Origin: Pseudolabrys sp.
Lineage (GTDB): Bacteria; Pseudomonadota; Alphaproteobacteria; Rhizobiales; Xanthobacteraceae
Assembly (NCBI GenBank): GCA_035651255.1
Contig: DASRGB010000021.1
Coordinates: 9,229 to 73,228, forward strand
Direction: 5' to 3'
DNA: 64,000 bases
A program made the translations under genes and the position numbers. Below the pieces are notes generated by a model. The model was not told where the DNA came from. It was given only the letters and a program-made list of their open reading frames with translations, and did no database searches. This document shows positions 11,499 through 22,239 of this stretch, piece by piece; within the stretch, counting starts at the first letter, position 1; the number at the start of each line of letters is the position of its first letter.

Positions 11499-12197
11499 AT
11501 GGATGCCGAAGCCCAGAAACGCGTCGCCGCCGCGCGCGCCGTCGAATTCGTGCGCCCCGGCATGCGGCTCGGTCTCGGCACCGGATCGACGGCGCGGCAC
11601 TTTGTCGAGCTTCTCGGTGAGCGCGTCCGCGCCGGGCTCGATGTCGTCGCGGTACCGACCTCGCAAGCGACCAAATCGGACGCCGAACGCTGCGGCATCA
11701 GCTTGACCACGCTCGACGAAACGCCGGAACTCGATCTCACGGTGGACGGCGCCGACGAAATCGCGCCCGATCTAAGCCTGATCAAGGGCGGTGGCGGTGC
11801 CCTGCTGCGGGAGAAGATCGTCGCCGCCGCCTCGGCGAGAATGATCGTGATCGCCGATCAAAGCAAAATGGTCGCCCGGCTTGGGCGTTTTCCGCTGCCC
11901 ATCGAGGTCGCCCCCTTCGGGCTTCTCGCCACGCAGCGAGCGATCGAACGGGCATTTGCCGCAATCCGGGCGCCCGGGCCGCTGAAACTGCGGCTGGGCC
12001 GCGACGGCCATGCTTTCGTCACGGATGGCGGCCACTGGATTATCGATGCCGCCCTTGGGCAGATTGACGATCCGACGGCGGTGGCGCATGCGCTGGCGGG
12101 GATTCCTGGGGTTATGGAGCACGGACTGTTTATCGGCCTCGCCGAGATGGCCCTTGTGGCGGGTCCCGACGGTGTCAAAATCGTCGAGCGGCCCTGA
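11499..12197 (+). CDS. rpiA: Ribose-5-phosphate isomerase A
   Basis: [27 protein letters not shown]. Confidence 0.97.
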   Translation: MDAEAQKRVAAARAVEFVRPGMRLGLGTGSTARHFVELLGERVRAGLDVVAVPTSQATKSDAERCGISLTTLDETPELDLTVDGADEIAPDLSLIKGGGGALLREKIVAAASARMIVIADQSKMVARLGRFPLPIEVAPFGLLATQRAIERAFAAIRAPGPLKLRLGRDGHAFVTDGGHWIIDAALGQIDDPTAVAHALAGIPGVMEHGLFIGLAEMALVAGPDGVKIVERP

Positions 12198-12223
12198 ATT
12201 GTCATGACAAATGGAGCTACGAA

Positions 12224-12736
12224 ATGAGCGTAATCGAGGCCATTCAACGCGCCGCCCGCCTTGTTGCGGCCGCAGCCGCGCTGACCGTGTTCGTTCCCGT
12301 TGTTCAGGCCCAGCAGCCGTCGGCGGCATCCATGGCGGTGGCAAAGCAACTGATTGCGACCACCGGCGCGACCACCGTGTTCAATCCTCTCATTGCCGGT
12401 GTCGTCGAGCAGGCCAAGCTGCTTTATTTGCAGCAGAACCCCGGGCTGGCCAAGGATCTCAACGAGGTCGCCGCCAAGCTCCGCACCGATTTGCAGCCGC
12501 GCTTCGGCGAAATCAACGATGAAGTGGCCAAGCTCTACGCCACGAATTTCAGCGAGCAGGAGCTCAAGGACATCCTCGCTTTCTACCAGTCGCCGGCCGG
12601 CAAGAAGTTGCTGACCGAGCAGCCCAAAGTCATCGACTCCAGCATGGTGTTTGCCCAGACCTGGGCGAACAATTTGTCGGAGCAGGTGGTCAGGATGATC
12701 CGCGACGAGATGAAGAAGCGGGGCCACGAATTGTGA
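12224..12736 (+). CDS. DUF2059 family exported protein
   Basis: Signal peptide; FSEQELKDILAFYQSPAGKK motif; usual position between rpiA and gor. Confidence 0.8.
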   Translation: MSVIEAIQRAARLVAAAAALTVFVPVVQAQQPSAASMAVAKQLIATTGATTVFNPLIAGVVEQAKLLYLQQNPGLAKDLNEVAAKLRTDLQPRFGEINDEVAKLYATNFSEQELKDILAFYQSPAGKKLLTEQPKVIDSSMVFAQTWANNLSEQVVRMIRDEMKKRGHEL

Positions 12737-12763
12737 CCGGCCGTCGAAACAAGGCGGCGGCGG

Positions 12764-14149
12764 ATGGCTGAGCGCGACGTCGACCTCTTTGTCATCGGCG
12801 CCGGGTCAGGCGGCGTGAGGGCGGCGCGCATTGCCGCCTCCTACGGCGCCCGGGTGATGGTCGCCGAGGAATACCGGGTCGGCGGAACCTGCGTGATCCG
12901 CGGCTGCGTGCCGAAGAAGCTGCTGGTCTACGCTTCGCGCTTTGCCGACGAATTCGAAGACGCGGCGGGCTACGGCTGGACCGTGCCTGAACCGACGTTC
13001 CACTGGGCCGCGCTGATCGCCAACAAGGATCGCGAAATCGCTCGGCTGGAAGCGGCCTATACCAACACCCTTGACCGCAACAACGTGGCCTTGGTCAAGA
13101 GCCGCGCCGTGGTCGAGGACGCGCACACCGTGCGTCTTGTTTCGAGCGGCGAGCGCGTGCGCGCCGAAACGATCCTCGTCGCCACCGGCGCCTGGCCGCA
13201 CATGGGCCCGCATATTCCCGGCCTCGATCACGTCATATCGTCGAACGAAGCCTTTCATCTCGCCGAGCTGCCCAGGCGCATCGTGATCCAGGGCGGCGGC
13301 TACATCGCCGTGGAATTTGCCTCCATCTTCGCCGGCCTCGGCAGCGAAGTGACGCTCGTCTATCGCGGCGAAAACATCCTGCGCGGCTTTGACGACGACG
13401 TGCGCGAGCACCTGCGCAACGAGATGCGCAACCGCGGCATAACGATCATCTGCGGCCACACCATCGCGGCGGTCGAGAAATCGGGCGATGAATTTGTCAC
13501 GCGGCTGTCCGACCGCAGCACCATCGCCAGCGACAAGGTGATGTTCGCCATCGGCCGCCGTCCCAACGTCATGGGCCTCGGCCTCGACAAAGTTCACGTC
13601 AAGATTCACGCCCACGGCGGCATCGACGTGGACGAGTATTCGCGCTCCTCGGTGCCGAGCATCTATGCGGTCGGCGACGTCACCAACCGCGTCAACCTCA
13701 CGCCGGTCGCAATCCGCGAAGGCCATGCCTTCGCCGACACCGTCTACGGCAACAAGCCGACGCCGGTCGATCACGCCAATGTGCCGACCGCGGTGTTCTC
13801 CGAGCCCGAAGTCGGCGTGATCGGGCTGACCGAGACGCAGGCGCGCGAGCGCTGCGCCCGGCTCGACGTCTACAAGACGACATTCCGGCCGATGAAAGCG
13901 ACGCTGTCCGGCCGCGACACGCGCACCTTCATGAAGCTCCTGGTCGACGGCGTCAGCGACCGCGTGATTGGCTGCCATATCGTGGGGCCGGATGCCGGCG
14001 AGCTCATCCAGGTCATCGGCATTGCGGTGAAGATGGGCGCGACCAAGGCCGACTTCGACGCCACCATGGCGGTGCACCCGACCGCGGCCGAGGAACTGGT
14101 GACGCTGCGCGAAAAGGCCGTGAGCTACGAGCGCGCGGCGGCGGAATAG
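12764..14149 (+). CDS. gor: Glutathione-disulfide reductase
   Basis: GAGSGG, GGTCVIRGCVPKK redox pair, HPTAAEE. Confidence 0.97.
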   Translation: MAERDVDLFVIGAGSGGVRAARIAASYGARVMVAEEYRVGGTCVIRGCVPKKLLVYASRFADEFEDAAGYGWTVPEPTFHWAALIANKDREIARLEAAYTNTLDRNNVALVKSRAVVEDAHTVRLVSSGERVRAETILVATGAWPHMGPHIPGLDHVISSNEAFHLAELPRRIVIQGGGYIAVEFASIFAGLGSEVTLVYRGENILRGFDDDVREHLRNEMRNRGITIICGHTIAAVEKSGDEFVTRLSDRSTIASDKVMFAIGRRPNVMGLGLDKVHVKIHAHGGIDVDEYSRSSVPSIYAVGDVTNRVNLTPVAIREGHAFADTVYGNKPTPVDHANVPTAVFSEPEVGVIGLTETQARERCARLDVYKTTFRPMKATLSGRDTRTFMKLLVDGVSDRVIGCHIVGPDAGELIQVIGIAVKMGATKADFDATMAVHPTAAEELVTLREKAVSYERAAAE

Positions 14150-14159
14150 TGCCGGCCTG

Positions 14160-15599
14160 TCAGCTCCCGCTCGGCGGCGGAATGATGTTGCGGTCCACCA
14201 TGCGCCGGAGCAGCACCGCAGCCCCCGCCTGCTTGGAAATCGCACCCGGGTCGTAGACATGGTCGCTGGTGTATTTCCCGCTGACGTAGTGGTTCGCGTA
14301 GCTCCATAGATAGGGCGTGGCACGGCCGAAACGCGTGCGCGTGCCCATTCCATTGAAGCGCTCAAAGCGGAACAGCATGCCGGCCAGCGACCAGTCGTGC
14401 CAGGCGTCGAGCCCGTCGTAAGTGATCGCGTCCTTCGCGCTCGCTTCCCACGGCATACCCGCCTGCCAGCCGGGCGGACGGCCGGGCGGCCAATTCACCG
14501 TCGGCGCGGAAATGGGATCGCCATTGTGCAGGTGGGTGTTGAAGCTGGCATTGCCCTCCATGGCGTGCAGCACCGCGATTTCCGCCCACGGCAGGCCGGG
14601 GAAATCGGCGGCGACATGCTCATAGCGAGGCCGCCCGATCAGGATGCGATTAACGAGGCCGTCGATTTCAGCGATCTTGTTGTCGCGGATCGCCATGGTG
14701 CGCCACAACGCCACGTATTCGTCGCGGATTTGCGAAAACTTTGCCGATGCGATGACGGATCGCGTTTCTTCGGGCCAATCGACGACGGGCGGATCCGGCG
14801 TGTGCGTCGGCTGCGGCTGTTCTGAAGGCGGGATGGGGACGTTGGCGGGCCAGAACGGCAGGCCGAGCGAACGGCCGGTCTGCGGTCCGACCTCGCCGTC
14901 GACTTCGAGCGTCTTGGCTTCCTGATAGGCGATCACCGCCGTCTCGGTTCGCGGTCCGAACAGACCGTCGATCGGGCCGGGATCAAAGCCAAGCTGCTTG
15001 AGCTTTGTCTGCAAGGCGCGCACGCGGTCGTCGGCATGCATCGGCGAGCGGCGGCGCAGGATCAGCGTCGAGGGTGGAAGCGGCGGCGGCGGGGGAGGCG
15101 GCTGGCCGGGGCCCGGATGCGGCCCGGGCACGCCGCTGTCGTCGTAGTCGACGCCGGGAAGCAGCACGCCGACGTCCCATTCGCGATGCGCCACGCGACC
15201 GCGCGTGACGCCATAGGCCTGGCCCATGGCCTCGACCGTGCCGCCGCTGCCGTCGGACACCACGATATGCCCCATAGCGCCCGGTTGCGGCGGGAACCGC
15301 AACAGGAACGCGCCGGGAATGCGCGCCGCCGTCGCGAACGGAATGATGCGGCCTTTGCTGCGGGCATCGCGCTCCCAGCCGCCGGTGTAGGCGTCGGCGG
15401 TGTGCGGGTTCATGTTGTTGTCGGCGATGCCGTAGAGGAATCCGTAGCACTGGTAGGTCAGCCACGACGCGAATTCGGCGCAGTCCCAGGGACCGTTCCA
15501 GTTCGGGTCGTCCTTCGGCACCAGCACGTTGCGATAGATCTGATTGAGACGCGTGACCGCCAGGTCGAGAACGGCTTTGCCTTTGCCCGGATTTGGCAT
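14160..15599 (-). CDS. Modular peptidoglycan hydrolase: NlpC/P60-like N-domain, PG-binding domain, lysozyme-like C-domain
   Basis: WDCAEF...MGHI Cys/His dyad; LQTKLKQLGF..GPIDGLFGPRTETAV.AYQ PG_binding_1 motif; HAMEG..FNTHLHNGDP..PYLWS resembles COG5526 lysozyme family; Pro-rich linkers. Confidence 0.72.
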   Translation of the reverse strand: MPNPGKGKAVLDLAVTRLNQIYRNVLVPKDDPNWNGPWDCAEFASWLTYQCYGFLYGIADNNMNPHTADAYTGGWERDARSKGRIIPFATAARIPGAFLLRFPPQPGAMGHIVVSDGSGGTVEAMGQAYGVTRGRVAHREWDVGVLLPGVDYDDSGVPGPHPGPGQPPPPPPPLPPSTLILRRRSPMHADDRVRALQTKLKQLGFDPGPIDGLFGPRTETAVIAYQEAKTLEVDGEVGPQTGRSLGLPFWPANVPIPPSEQPQPTHTPDPPVVDWPEETRSVIASAKFSQIRDEYVALWRTMAIRDNKIAEIDGLVNRILIGRPRYEHVAADFPGLPWAEIAVLHAMEGNASFNTHLHNGDPISAPTVNWPPGRPPGWQAGMPWEASAKDAITYDGLDAWHDWSLAGMLFRFERFNGMGTRTRFGRATPYLWSYANHYVSGKYTSDHVYDPGAISKQAGAAVLLRRMVDRNIIPPPSGS

Positions 15600-15765
15600 C
15601 TTGGTCCCCCCGCATCCCGATTTTTGCAATTCTCGCAGAACAACCATGCGTTGCAAGCGGGGTCCGGCTCGCCATCAGCCGCGGCGCGAATAACCTCATT
15701 CTTTCAATTATCTGGCCTGAGGTTGGGACGCGGTGTATAACCGCCGCCTTCGGAGAGCGATGGTC

Positions 15766-17154
15766 ATGCCCGAGCGGTGGACGCCCGACAGCTGGCGAGC
15801 AAAGCCTATTCAGCAGGTCCCGGATTATCCGGACCGGCAGGCGCTCGACGACGTCGAAAAGCAGCTTGCCAGCTTCCCGCCGCTGGTGTTCGCCGGCGAG
15901 GCGCGCAACCTGAAAAAGGCGCTGGCGCGGGTCGCCAACCGGCAGGCTTTCCTGCTGCAAGGCGGCGACTGTGCGGAAAGCTTCGCCGAGCATGGACCAA
16001 ACAACATCCGCGACTTCTTCCGCATGTTCCTGCAAATGGCGGTGGTGCTGACCTATGCCGCTGCCTCCCCGGTGGTGAAGGTCGGCCGCATCGCCGGCCA
16101 GTTCGCCAAGCCGCGCTCGGCGCCCACCGAGAAGCGCGACGGCAAGGAGCTGCCGAGCTACCGCGGCGACATCATCAACGACATTGCCTTTACCGAAACC
16201 GCGCGCCGTCCCGATCCGCGCCGCCAGATCGAGGCCTACCGGCAATCGGCAGCGACGCTCAATCTGCTGCGCGCTTTCGCACAAGGCGGCTACGCCAACT
16301 TGGCCAGCGTGCGGCAGTGGATGCTCGGCTTCGTCAAGGACAGCCCGCAGTCGCGCCGCTATGTCGAGTTGTCCGACCGCATTTCAGAAGCGCTCGGTTT
16401 CATGCAGGCCTGCGGTCTCGATCTCGAGAGCCATCCCGAACTGCGCACCACCGACTTCTACACCAGCCATGAGGCGCTGCTGCTCGGCTACGAGCAGGCC
16501 TTCACCCGCATCGATTCCACGACCGGCGACTGGTACGCCACCTCCGGCCATATGCTGTGGATCGGCGATCGCACGCGCCAGCACGATCATGCGCATATCG
16601 AATATGCACGTGGCATCAAGAACCCGATCGGGCTGAAATGCGGGCCGTCGCTCAAGGCCGACGACCTGCTGCGGCTGATCGACATTCTCAACCCGGACAA
16701 CGAGGCCGGCCGTCTCACCCTGATCGGCCGGTTCGGCGCCGACAAGGTGGGCGACCTCCTGCCCGGGCTCGCGCGCGCGGTGCAGCGCGAAGGCAAGGTC
16801 GTGGTGTGGTCGTGCGATCCGATGCACGGCAACACCATTACCTCGGCGACCGGCTACAAGACGCGGCCGTTCGATCTGATCCTGAAGGAGGTGCGCCACT
16901 TCTTCGAGGTGCATCAGGCCGAGGGTTCTTACGCCGGCGGCGTGCACCTGGAAATGACCGGGCAGAACGTGACCGAGTGCACCGGCGGCGCCCGCGCCAT
17001 CACCGAGGCCGATCTCAACGATCGCTATCACACGGTTTGCGACCCGCGGCTCAATGCCGAGCAGGCGATCGACCTCGCCTTCCTGCTCGCCGAATTGCTC
17101 AAGAAAGAGCGCTCGGGGCGCGCCGTGCCGATGCCGGCCGTTGCCGGCCTCTAG
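15766..17154 (+). CDS. 3-deoxy-7-phosphoheptulonate (DAHP) synthase, class II
   Basis: [36 protein letters not shown]. Confidence 0.96.
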   Translation: MPERWTPDSWRAKPIQQVPDYPDRQALDDVEKQLASFPPLVFAGEARNLKKALARVANRQAFLLQGGDCAESFAEHGPNNIRDFFRMFLQMAVVLTYAAASPVVKVGRIAGQFAKPRSAPTEKRDGKELPSYRGDIINDIAFTETARRPDPRRQIEAYRQSAATLNLLRAFAQGGYANLASVRQWMLGFVKDSPQSRRYVELSDRISEALGFMQACGLDLESHPELRTTDFYTSHEALLLGYEQAFTRIDSTTGDWYATSGHMLWIGDRTRQHDHAHIEYARGIKNPIGLKCGPSLKADDLLRLIDILNPDNEAGRLTLIGRFGADKVGDLLPGLARAVQREGKVVVWSCDPMHGNTITSATGYKTRPFDLILKEVRHFFEVHQAEGSYAGGVHLEMTGQNVTECTGGARAITEADLNDRYHTVCDPRLNAEQAIDLAFLLAELLKKERSGRAVPMPAVAGL

Positions 17155-17158
17155 TGGC

Positions 17159-18898
17159 GTGAACGCCCGCCCCGCCGATACCCTGGCGATCGCCGTCGCG
17201 CAGCTCAATTGCACGGTCGGCGATATCGCCGGCAATGCCGAGAGGGTGCGCCGCGCACGTGCCGAGGCGGCCGGGCAGGGCGCGGATCTCGTCATCTTCC
17301 CCGAGCTGTTCATGTCCGGCTATCCGCCGGAAGACCTCGTGCTCAAGCCGGCCTTCCAGGCCGCCTGCCGCGCCGCGATCGAAGCGCTGGCCCGCGAAAC
17401 CGCAGACGGCGGCCCGGCGCTGGTGGTCGGCACACCGTGGCTCGACGACGGCAAGCTGTACAATGCGGCGGCGTTGCTCGACGGCGGTGCCATTACGCTC
17501 CGCTACAAGGTCGACCTGCCGAATTACGGCGTGTTCGACGAAAAGCGCGTGTTCGTGCCCGGACCGCTGCCGGGGCCGGTGAGCTTCCGCGGCGTGCGGC
17601 TCGGCATTCCGGTCTGCGAAGACATCTGGGGTCCGGAACCGGTCGAATGCATCGCCGATACCGGCGGGGAAATCCTGCTGGTGCTCAACGCCTCGCCGTA
17701 TCGTCACGGCGTCATCGACCAGCGCCTCAACGTCGCCGTACCGCGCGTGGTCGAGGCCGGGCTGCCGCTGATCTACGCCAACATGATCGGCGGCCAGGAT
17801 GAACTGGTGTTCGAAGGCGCGTCCTTCGCGCTCAATGCCGACCGCAGTCTGGCCTTCCAGCTTCCCGCCTTTCGGGAAGCCGTCGTCACGACGCGATGGA
17901 CGCGCAGCGGCGGGACCTGGCATTGCGAGGGCGGCCCGAAAGCTCAGGCGCCCGATTCCGACCGTGCCGACTACGCCGCCTGCATGCTTGGCTTGCGCGA
18001 TTATGTCAACAAGAACGGCTTTCCCGGCGTGGTGCTCGGCCTTTCCGGCGGCATCGATTCCGCGTTGTGCGCGACGATCGCGGTCGATGCGCTCGGCGCC
18101 GATCGCGTGCGCTGCGTGATGATGCCCTACAAGTTCACGGCGCAGGAGTCGCTTGATGACGCCGCGGCTTGCGCCAAGGCGCTTGGCGTGCGGTACGAAA
18201 TCTTGCCGATCGCGCCTGCGGTTGAAGGCTTCGAACACGTGCTCAAGCCCGCCTTCTCCGGTCTGCCGCGCGACGTCAGCGAGGAAAATCTGCAGGCGCG
18301 TACGCGCGGCACCACGCTGATGGCGATTTCAAACAAGTTCAATCTGATGGTTGTGACGACCGGCAACAAATCGGAAATGTCGGTCGGCTACGCCACGCTC
18401 TATGGCGACATGAACGGCGGCTTCAATCCAATCAAGGATCTGTACAAGACGGAGGTTTTCCGTCTGGCGCGGCTGCGCAACGGCTGGAGGCCGGACGACG
18501 CGATGGGGCCTGCGGGACACGTCATCCCCGACAACATCATCACGCGGCCGCCCACCGCCGAATTGCGCGAGAACCAGAAGGACGAAGATTCGCTGCCGCC
18601 TTACGCGGTGCTCGATCCGATCCTCGAACGGCTGATCGAGCGCGAAGAGCCGATTTCGGCGATCGTGGCGGCCGGCTTCGACCGTGAAGTCGTCATGAAG
18701 GTCGAGCGCATGGTCAACCTCGCCGAATACAAGCGCCGTCAGGCGGCGCCGGGCGTTAAGGTGACGCAGAAGAATTTCGGCCGCGACCGGCGATATCCGA
18801 TCACCAACCGCTTCCGCGATCCGGGTACGCCGCTGCCGCCGCCCGACATGACGCTGGTCAAGGCCAAGGCCGTCAAGAGCGACGCCTTCGATTTCTGA
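17159..18898 (+). CDS. nadE: Glutamine-dependent NAD+ synthetase
   Basis: Nitrilase domain (FPEL, K, CEDIW) plus GLSGGIDS, TTGNKSE, GYATLYGD; GTG start 5 nt after the DAHP synthase stop. Confidence 0.96.
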   Translation: MNARPADTLAIAVAQLNCTVGDIAGNAERVRRARAEAAGQGADLVIFPELFMSGYPPEDLVLKPAFQAACRAAIEALARETADGGPALVVGTPWLDDGKLYNAAALLDGGAITLRYKVDLPNYGVFDEKRVFVPGPLPGPVSFRGVRLGIPVCEDIWGPEPVECIADTGGEILLVLNASPYRHGVIDQRLNVAVPRVVEAGLPLIYANMIGGQDELVFEGASFALNADRSLAFQLPAFREAVVTTRWTRSGGTWHCEGGPKAQAPDSDRADYAACMLGLRDYVNKNGFPGVVLGLSGGIDSALCATIAVDALGADRVRCVMMPYKFTAQESLDDAAACAKALGVRYEILPIAPAVEGFEHVLKPAFSGLPRDVSEENLQARTRGTTLMAISNKFNLMVVTTGNKSEMSVGYATLYGDMNGGFNPIKDLYKTEVFRLARLRNGWRPDDAMGPAGHVIPDNIITRPPTAELRENQKDEDSLPPYAVLDPILERLIEREEPISAIVAAGFDREVVMKVERMVNLAEYKRRQAAPGVKVTQKNFGRDRRYPITNRFRDPGTPLPPPDMTLVKAKAVKSDAFDF

Positions 18899-18901
18899 TC
18901 G

Positions 18902-19963
18902 TCAGTGCTGCGGCAGGAACGTGGGGCCGACCGCGCGCACCTTGCGCTTGGCGGGATCGGGCTCGCCGGGGGCGTCGGCCAGTGCGTCGCCGGTGTTGGG
19001 CTGAGGCTTCACGGCGGCAGGAGCGGCCGGTTTGAGCCCGGCTTGTCCTTGGGAAATGCGGTCGGCGTTCTGCTCGGTGACGACAACGTCGCCGGGCGCG
19101 AGCGTGGTATCGCCGCCGTTGAAGCGCAGCGCCTCGGCCCAGCTCTCGCCCGGGCGCCGGCAACTGCAGGACGGGCTCAACGCCTTGCGATATTGAAACG
19201 CCGCCGGCAATTCGGTGTAGAGACGCCCGTTCAGCGAGACCGCCTGCGTCATCTCCTCGCCGGGATTGTGGTAGGTGTAAAGCTGCACCTCCGCGGCGGG
19301 GCACATGCGCTGACAGGTTTGCTCGTCCTCGCGGAAATGATCGGGCGAGGTCTCGAACGAGATCGGGAAATAATAACCGTCGCAGGTGCGCACGCAGACG
19401 GTGCGGTAGGTGCCGCCCATCGGGCCGTTCGGCTGCGGCGAGAAGATCGAGCCGCCGCCGAACAGCCGGTCGAAGAAGCCGCCTTGCTCGCCGGCGCGTG
19501 CCGCCGCGCGGTATTGCGGGCCGCAATTGTTGTCGGCGAGCGCGATCAGGATCGACTGGCGTTGCGCGGCGCGTTCGGCGGTGCCGCCTTGCAGCCGCTC
19601 GAGCTGGTTCTGCATGCGCTCGAGGGCGTCGCGCTGGTCCTCGATGCGCCGGTTGAGCGGCCCGCATTGCGGCGACGTCGGCGTGAAGATCGAGAAGAAC
19701 CCGGTATTGTTGCAGCCCATGCGGCGGGCCTGGGCGACCAGCTTGTCGACCTCGAACTGCTGGCGCTGCACCGCATCGTCGGCCTGGCGTATCTGGTCGG
19801 CGCGGGCCGGGTCGGTATTGCCGCGCTCGAGCGCGGTCAACTGACCCTCGAGCCGCTGGCAGGCCGGATTGGCCGACGGCGTTTGCGCCAGGGCCGTGAC
19901 CGTGGCGGATGCGACGATGGCGGCAGCGAGCGATGTGCGGACGGCTCCCCTCATGGCGGGCAC
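18902..19963 (-). CDS. DUF2865 domain exported protein
   Basis: Signal peptide, coiled coil, YRTVCVRTCDGYYFPIS motif. Confidence 0.8.
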   Translation of the reverse strand: MPAMRGAVRTSLAAAIVASATVTALAQTPSANPACQRLEGQLTALERGNTDPARADQIRQADDAVQRQQFEVDKLVAQARRMGCNNTGFFSIFTPTSPQCGPLNRRIEDQRDALERMQNQLERLQGGTAERAAQRQSILIALADNNCGPQYRAAARAGEQGGFFDRLFGGGSIFSPQPNGPMGGTYRTVCVRTCDGYYFPISFETSPDHFREDEQTCQRMCPAAEVQLYTYHNPGEEMTQAVSLNGRLYTELPAAFQYRKALSPSCSCRRPGESWAEALRFNGGDTTLAPGDVVVTEQNADRISQGQAGLKPAAPAAVKPQPNTGDALADAPGEPDPAKRKVRAVGPTFLPQH

Positions 19964-19999
19964 TCTAGCCCCTAAATTGTGGCGCTGCGAGGGTCGCCG

Positions 20000-20872
20000 T
20001 CACGCATGTTTTGCGGCTTCCGCGCGCAGGTTCCAGAGCACGCCTGCCACAATGATGAGCGCGCCGAGTAGGACGAAAATGTCGAGCGATTCGCCGTAGA
20101 AGGCCCAGCCGACCACCGCGATCAGCGGAATGCGCATGAAGTCGAGCGGCACCACCAACGTGGCGTCGCCGGCGCGGAACGCGTTGCTGAGACAATAATG
20201 CGAGCTCGTTCCCGCGATCGCCACGCCCAGGACGGGTAAGATGTCCTTGGGTTGCAGTTGCAGGAAGACGTGCGGATCGCTGCCCAACAGCGACAGTGGG
20301 AATTGCATCACCGCCATCCAGAAGATGATGCCGAAAGTCGTCTCGGTCATGGTCAGCTTCTTGGTGGTGATCATGGTGACGGCATAGCCGACCGCGGCCG
20401 CCAGCACGAGCAGGGCCGCCGGATTGAAACCGGCAAGGCCCGGCCGCAGGATCACCAGCACGCCGATCAGGCCGAACACCACGACGCCGAGGCGGCTCAC
20501 GGTCATGCGCTCGTGCAGCAGCCAGACTGCGAGCAGCGCCGTCCAGGCCGGCATGGTGAATTCCAGCGCGAAGACCGTGGCGAGCGGCAGCATCGTCAGG
20601 CTGAGCGCCCAGGCATATTGCGAGGCGTAGTGCACGGTATTGCGCAGGGTGTTCAGCGCCATGCGCCGGGGCAGCGCATGCACCCGCAGCCCCGGCCGCA
20701 CCGCCAACAGCGTCAACAGGATCACCAGCGAACCGCCGCTGCGGACCGCCAGGATCCCGAAAATGTTGAACCCGGCGTGCGCCAGCTCGCGGATCGACAC
20801 CGCCATGGCCGAGAAGGACAGCAAGGCGCCGATCATCCAGAGGACGACACGAGGAAGATTGGTTTTGGTCAC
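20000..20872 (-). CDS. DMT/EamA family transporter
   Basis: About ten TM helices in two EamA-like repeats. Confidence 0.85.
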   Translation of the reverse strand: MTKTNLPRVVLWMIGALLSFSAMAVSIRELAHAGFNIFGILAVRSGGSLVILLTLLAVRPGLRVHALPRRMALNTLRNTVHYASQYAWALSLTMLPLATVFALEFTMPAWTALLAVWLLHERMTVSRLGVVVFGLIGVLVILRPGLAGFNPAALLVLAAAVGYAVTMITTKKLTMTETTFGIIFWMAVMQFPLSLLGSDPHVFLQLQPKDILPVLGVAIAGTSSHYCLSNAFRAGDATLVVPLDFMRIPLIAVVGWAFYGESLDIFVLLGALIIVAGVLWNLRAEAAKHA

Positions 20873-20932
20873 GATGAGTGCAGTCTTGCCACGGCGGCGG
20901 GTGGGGCGGTCTAGCAGGCCGCCGGCCGGCCG

Positions 20933-21568
20933 TCACTCGGCATCCGGCTGGTTTTCCGGCCGCGCCTTGTCGAAGGCTTCGAGCTTGAGGCAGGCCGCGT
21001 CGGCCGCGACGATCTTGGGGAAGGCGTCGAGCGGCACCTTGAACCGCCGCGCATTATATACCTGCGGCACCAGGCAGCAGTCGGCGATCGTCACCTGCGC
21101 TCCGCAGACGTAAGGGGCGGGCGAAATCGTCGCCTCGATCGCTTTGAAGCCCTGGATCACCCAATGGCGATACCAGGCGTCGATCTCGGCCTGCTGATGC
21201 TTGAGCTCATTCTTGAGGTATTGCAGCGCGCTGGTGTTGTTGAGCGGATGGATGTCGCAGGCGATGATCTGCGCGATCGCCCGCGCCTTGGCGCGGGTCA
21301 GTGCATCGGCCGGCAACAGCGGCGGCTTGGGATGCGTTTCGTCGAGATATTCCATGATGGCGAGCGATTGGTTGAGAATATCGCCGCCATCGAGCGTCAG
21401 CGCCGGCACCCGCATCTGCGGATTGATCGCGACATAGTCCGCCTTGTGCTGCTCGCCGCCGTCCCTGCTCAGATGGATTGGCACCATGTCGTAGCGCAGG
21501 CCCTTGAGGTTGAGCGCGATGCGCACGCGGTAGGCGGCGGAGGAGCGGAAGAACGTGTAGAGCTTCAC
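20933..21568 (-). CDS. maiA: Maleylacetoacetate isomerase (GST zeta class)
   Basis: FFRSSAAYRVRIALNLKG, IACDIHPLNN. Confidence 0.92.
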   Translation of the reverse strand: MKLYTFFRSSAAYRVRIALNLKGLRYDMVPIHLSRDGGEQHKADYVAINPQMRVPALTLDGGDILNQSLAIMEYLDETHPKPPLLPADALTRAKARAIAQIIACDIHPLNNTSALQYLKNELKHQQAEIDAWYRHWVIQGFKAIEATISPAPYVCGAQVTIADCCLVPQVYNARRFKVPLDAFPKIVAADAACLKLEAFDKARPENQPDAE

Positions 21569-21595
21569 GGCGGATGTCCCGGGCTATGACGCAGG

Positions 21596-22117
21596 CTAGC
21601 GCAGCGCCGAGGCGGTGGCGACGCCGACGGTGAGCTGCGCCGAGCGCTCGATCAGCTTGGTGATGGCGCGGTTGAGCGCGGCGCGGTCGGCGGCGTCGAC
21701 CGTATCCATGAGCTGACGCACGAAATCCAGAGCCGCCGGCGCAAGCTCGTCGTAGACCTCGCGGCCGGCCGGCGTCAGCGACAGAAAGGCCTCGCGCAGA
21801 TCGTCGCGGTTGGCCTTGCGCGCCACCAGTTTGCGCCGCTCGAGCAGGGCGACGGCGCGCGACACCTTGGTCTTGTGCATGTGGCTGTGGGTGCCGATCG
21901 CCTTGGCGGTCATCACGCCGAACTCGCCGAGGGTCACCAGCACCCGCCATTCCGGCACGCCGATCTTGTAGCGCCCGGCATAAATGCGCGACAGCGCCTG
22001 GGTGACCAAGGCCGAGCAGACGTTGAGCCGGTAGGGCAGGAAGTCGTCGAGTTTGAGGGGGGGCGCGCTCGACACCGTCGACACCTTCGACACCGGTTGC
22101 ACATTGTGGTCGGTCAT
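21596..22117 (-). CDS. MarR family transcriptional regulator
   Basis: FLPYRL, EWRVL, KTKVSRAV wHTH, DLREAFLSLT. Confidence 0.9.
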   Translation of the reverse strand: MTDHNVQPVSKVSTVSSAPPLKLDDFLPYRLNVCSALVTQALSRIYAGRYKIGVPEWRVLVTLGEFGVMTAKAIGTHSHMHKTKVSRAVALLERRKLVARKANRDDLREAFLSLTPAGREVYDELAPAALDFVRQLMDTVDAADRAALNRAITKLIERSAQLTVGVATASALR

Positions 22118-22197
22118 GGCGAACGGCCCTGCATCGCAGCCGCGAGCACAGTGGCCGAACTCCGGACCGGGTGCAACCGCTTTGTAACTTTGTAAGC

Positions 22198-22239
22198 TAC
22201 TGGCGGATCGGGCGATTTTACTGGCGGATCGGGCGGTTT
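22198..22239. repeat. 21-bp tandem duplication
   Basis: TACTGGCGGATCGGGCGATTT followed by TACTGGCGGATCGGGCGGTTT (one mismatch). Confidence 0.85.

Noticed and set aside
14160-15599. Peptidoglycan hydrolase as evidence for a prophage
   Set aside because: No holin, structural, integrase or other phage genes adjacent; flanked by core metabolic genes.
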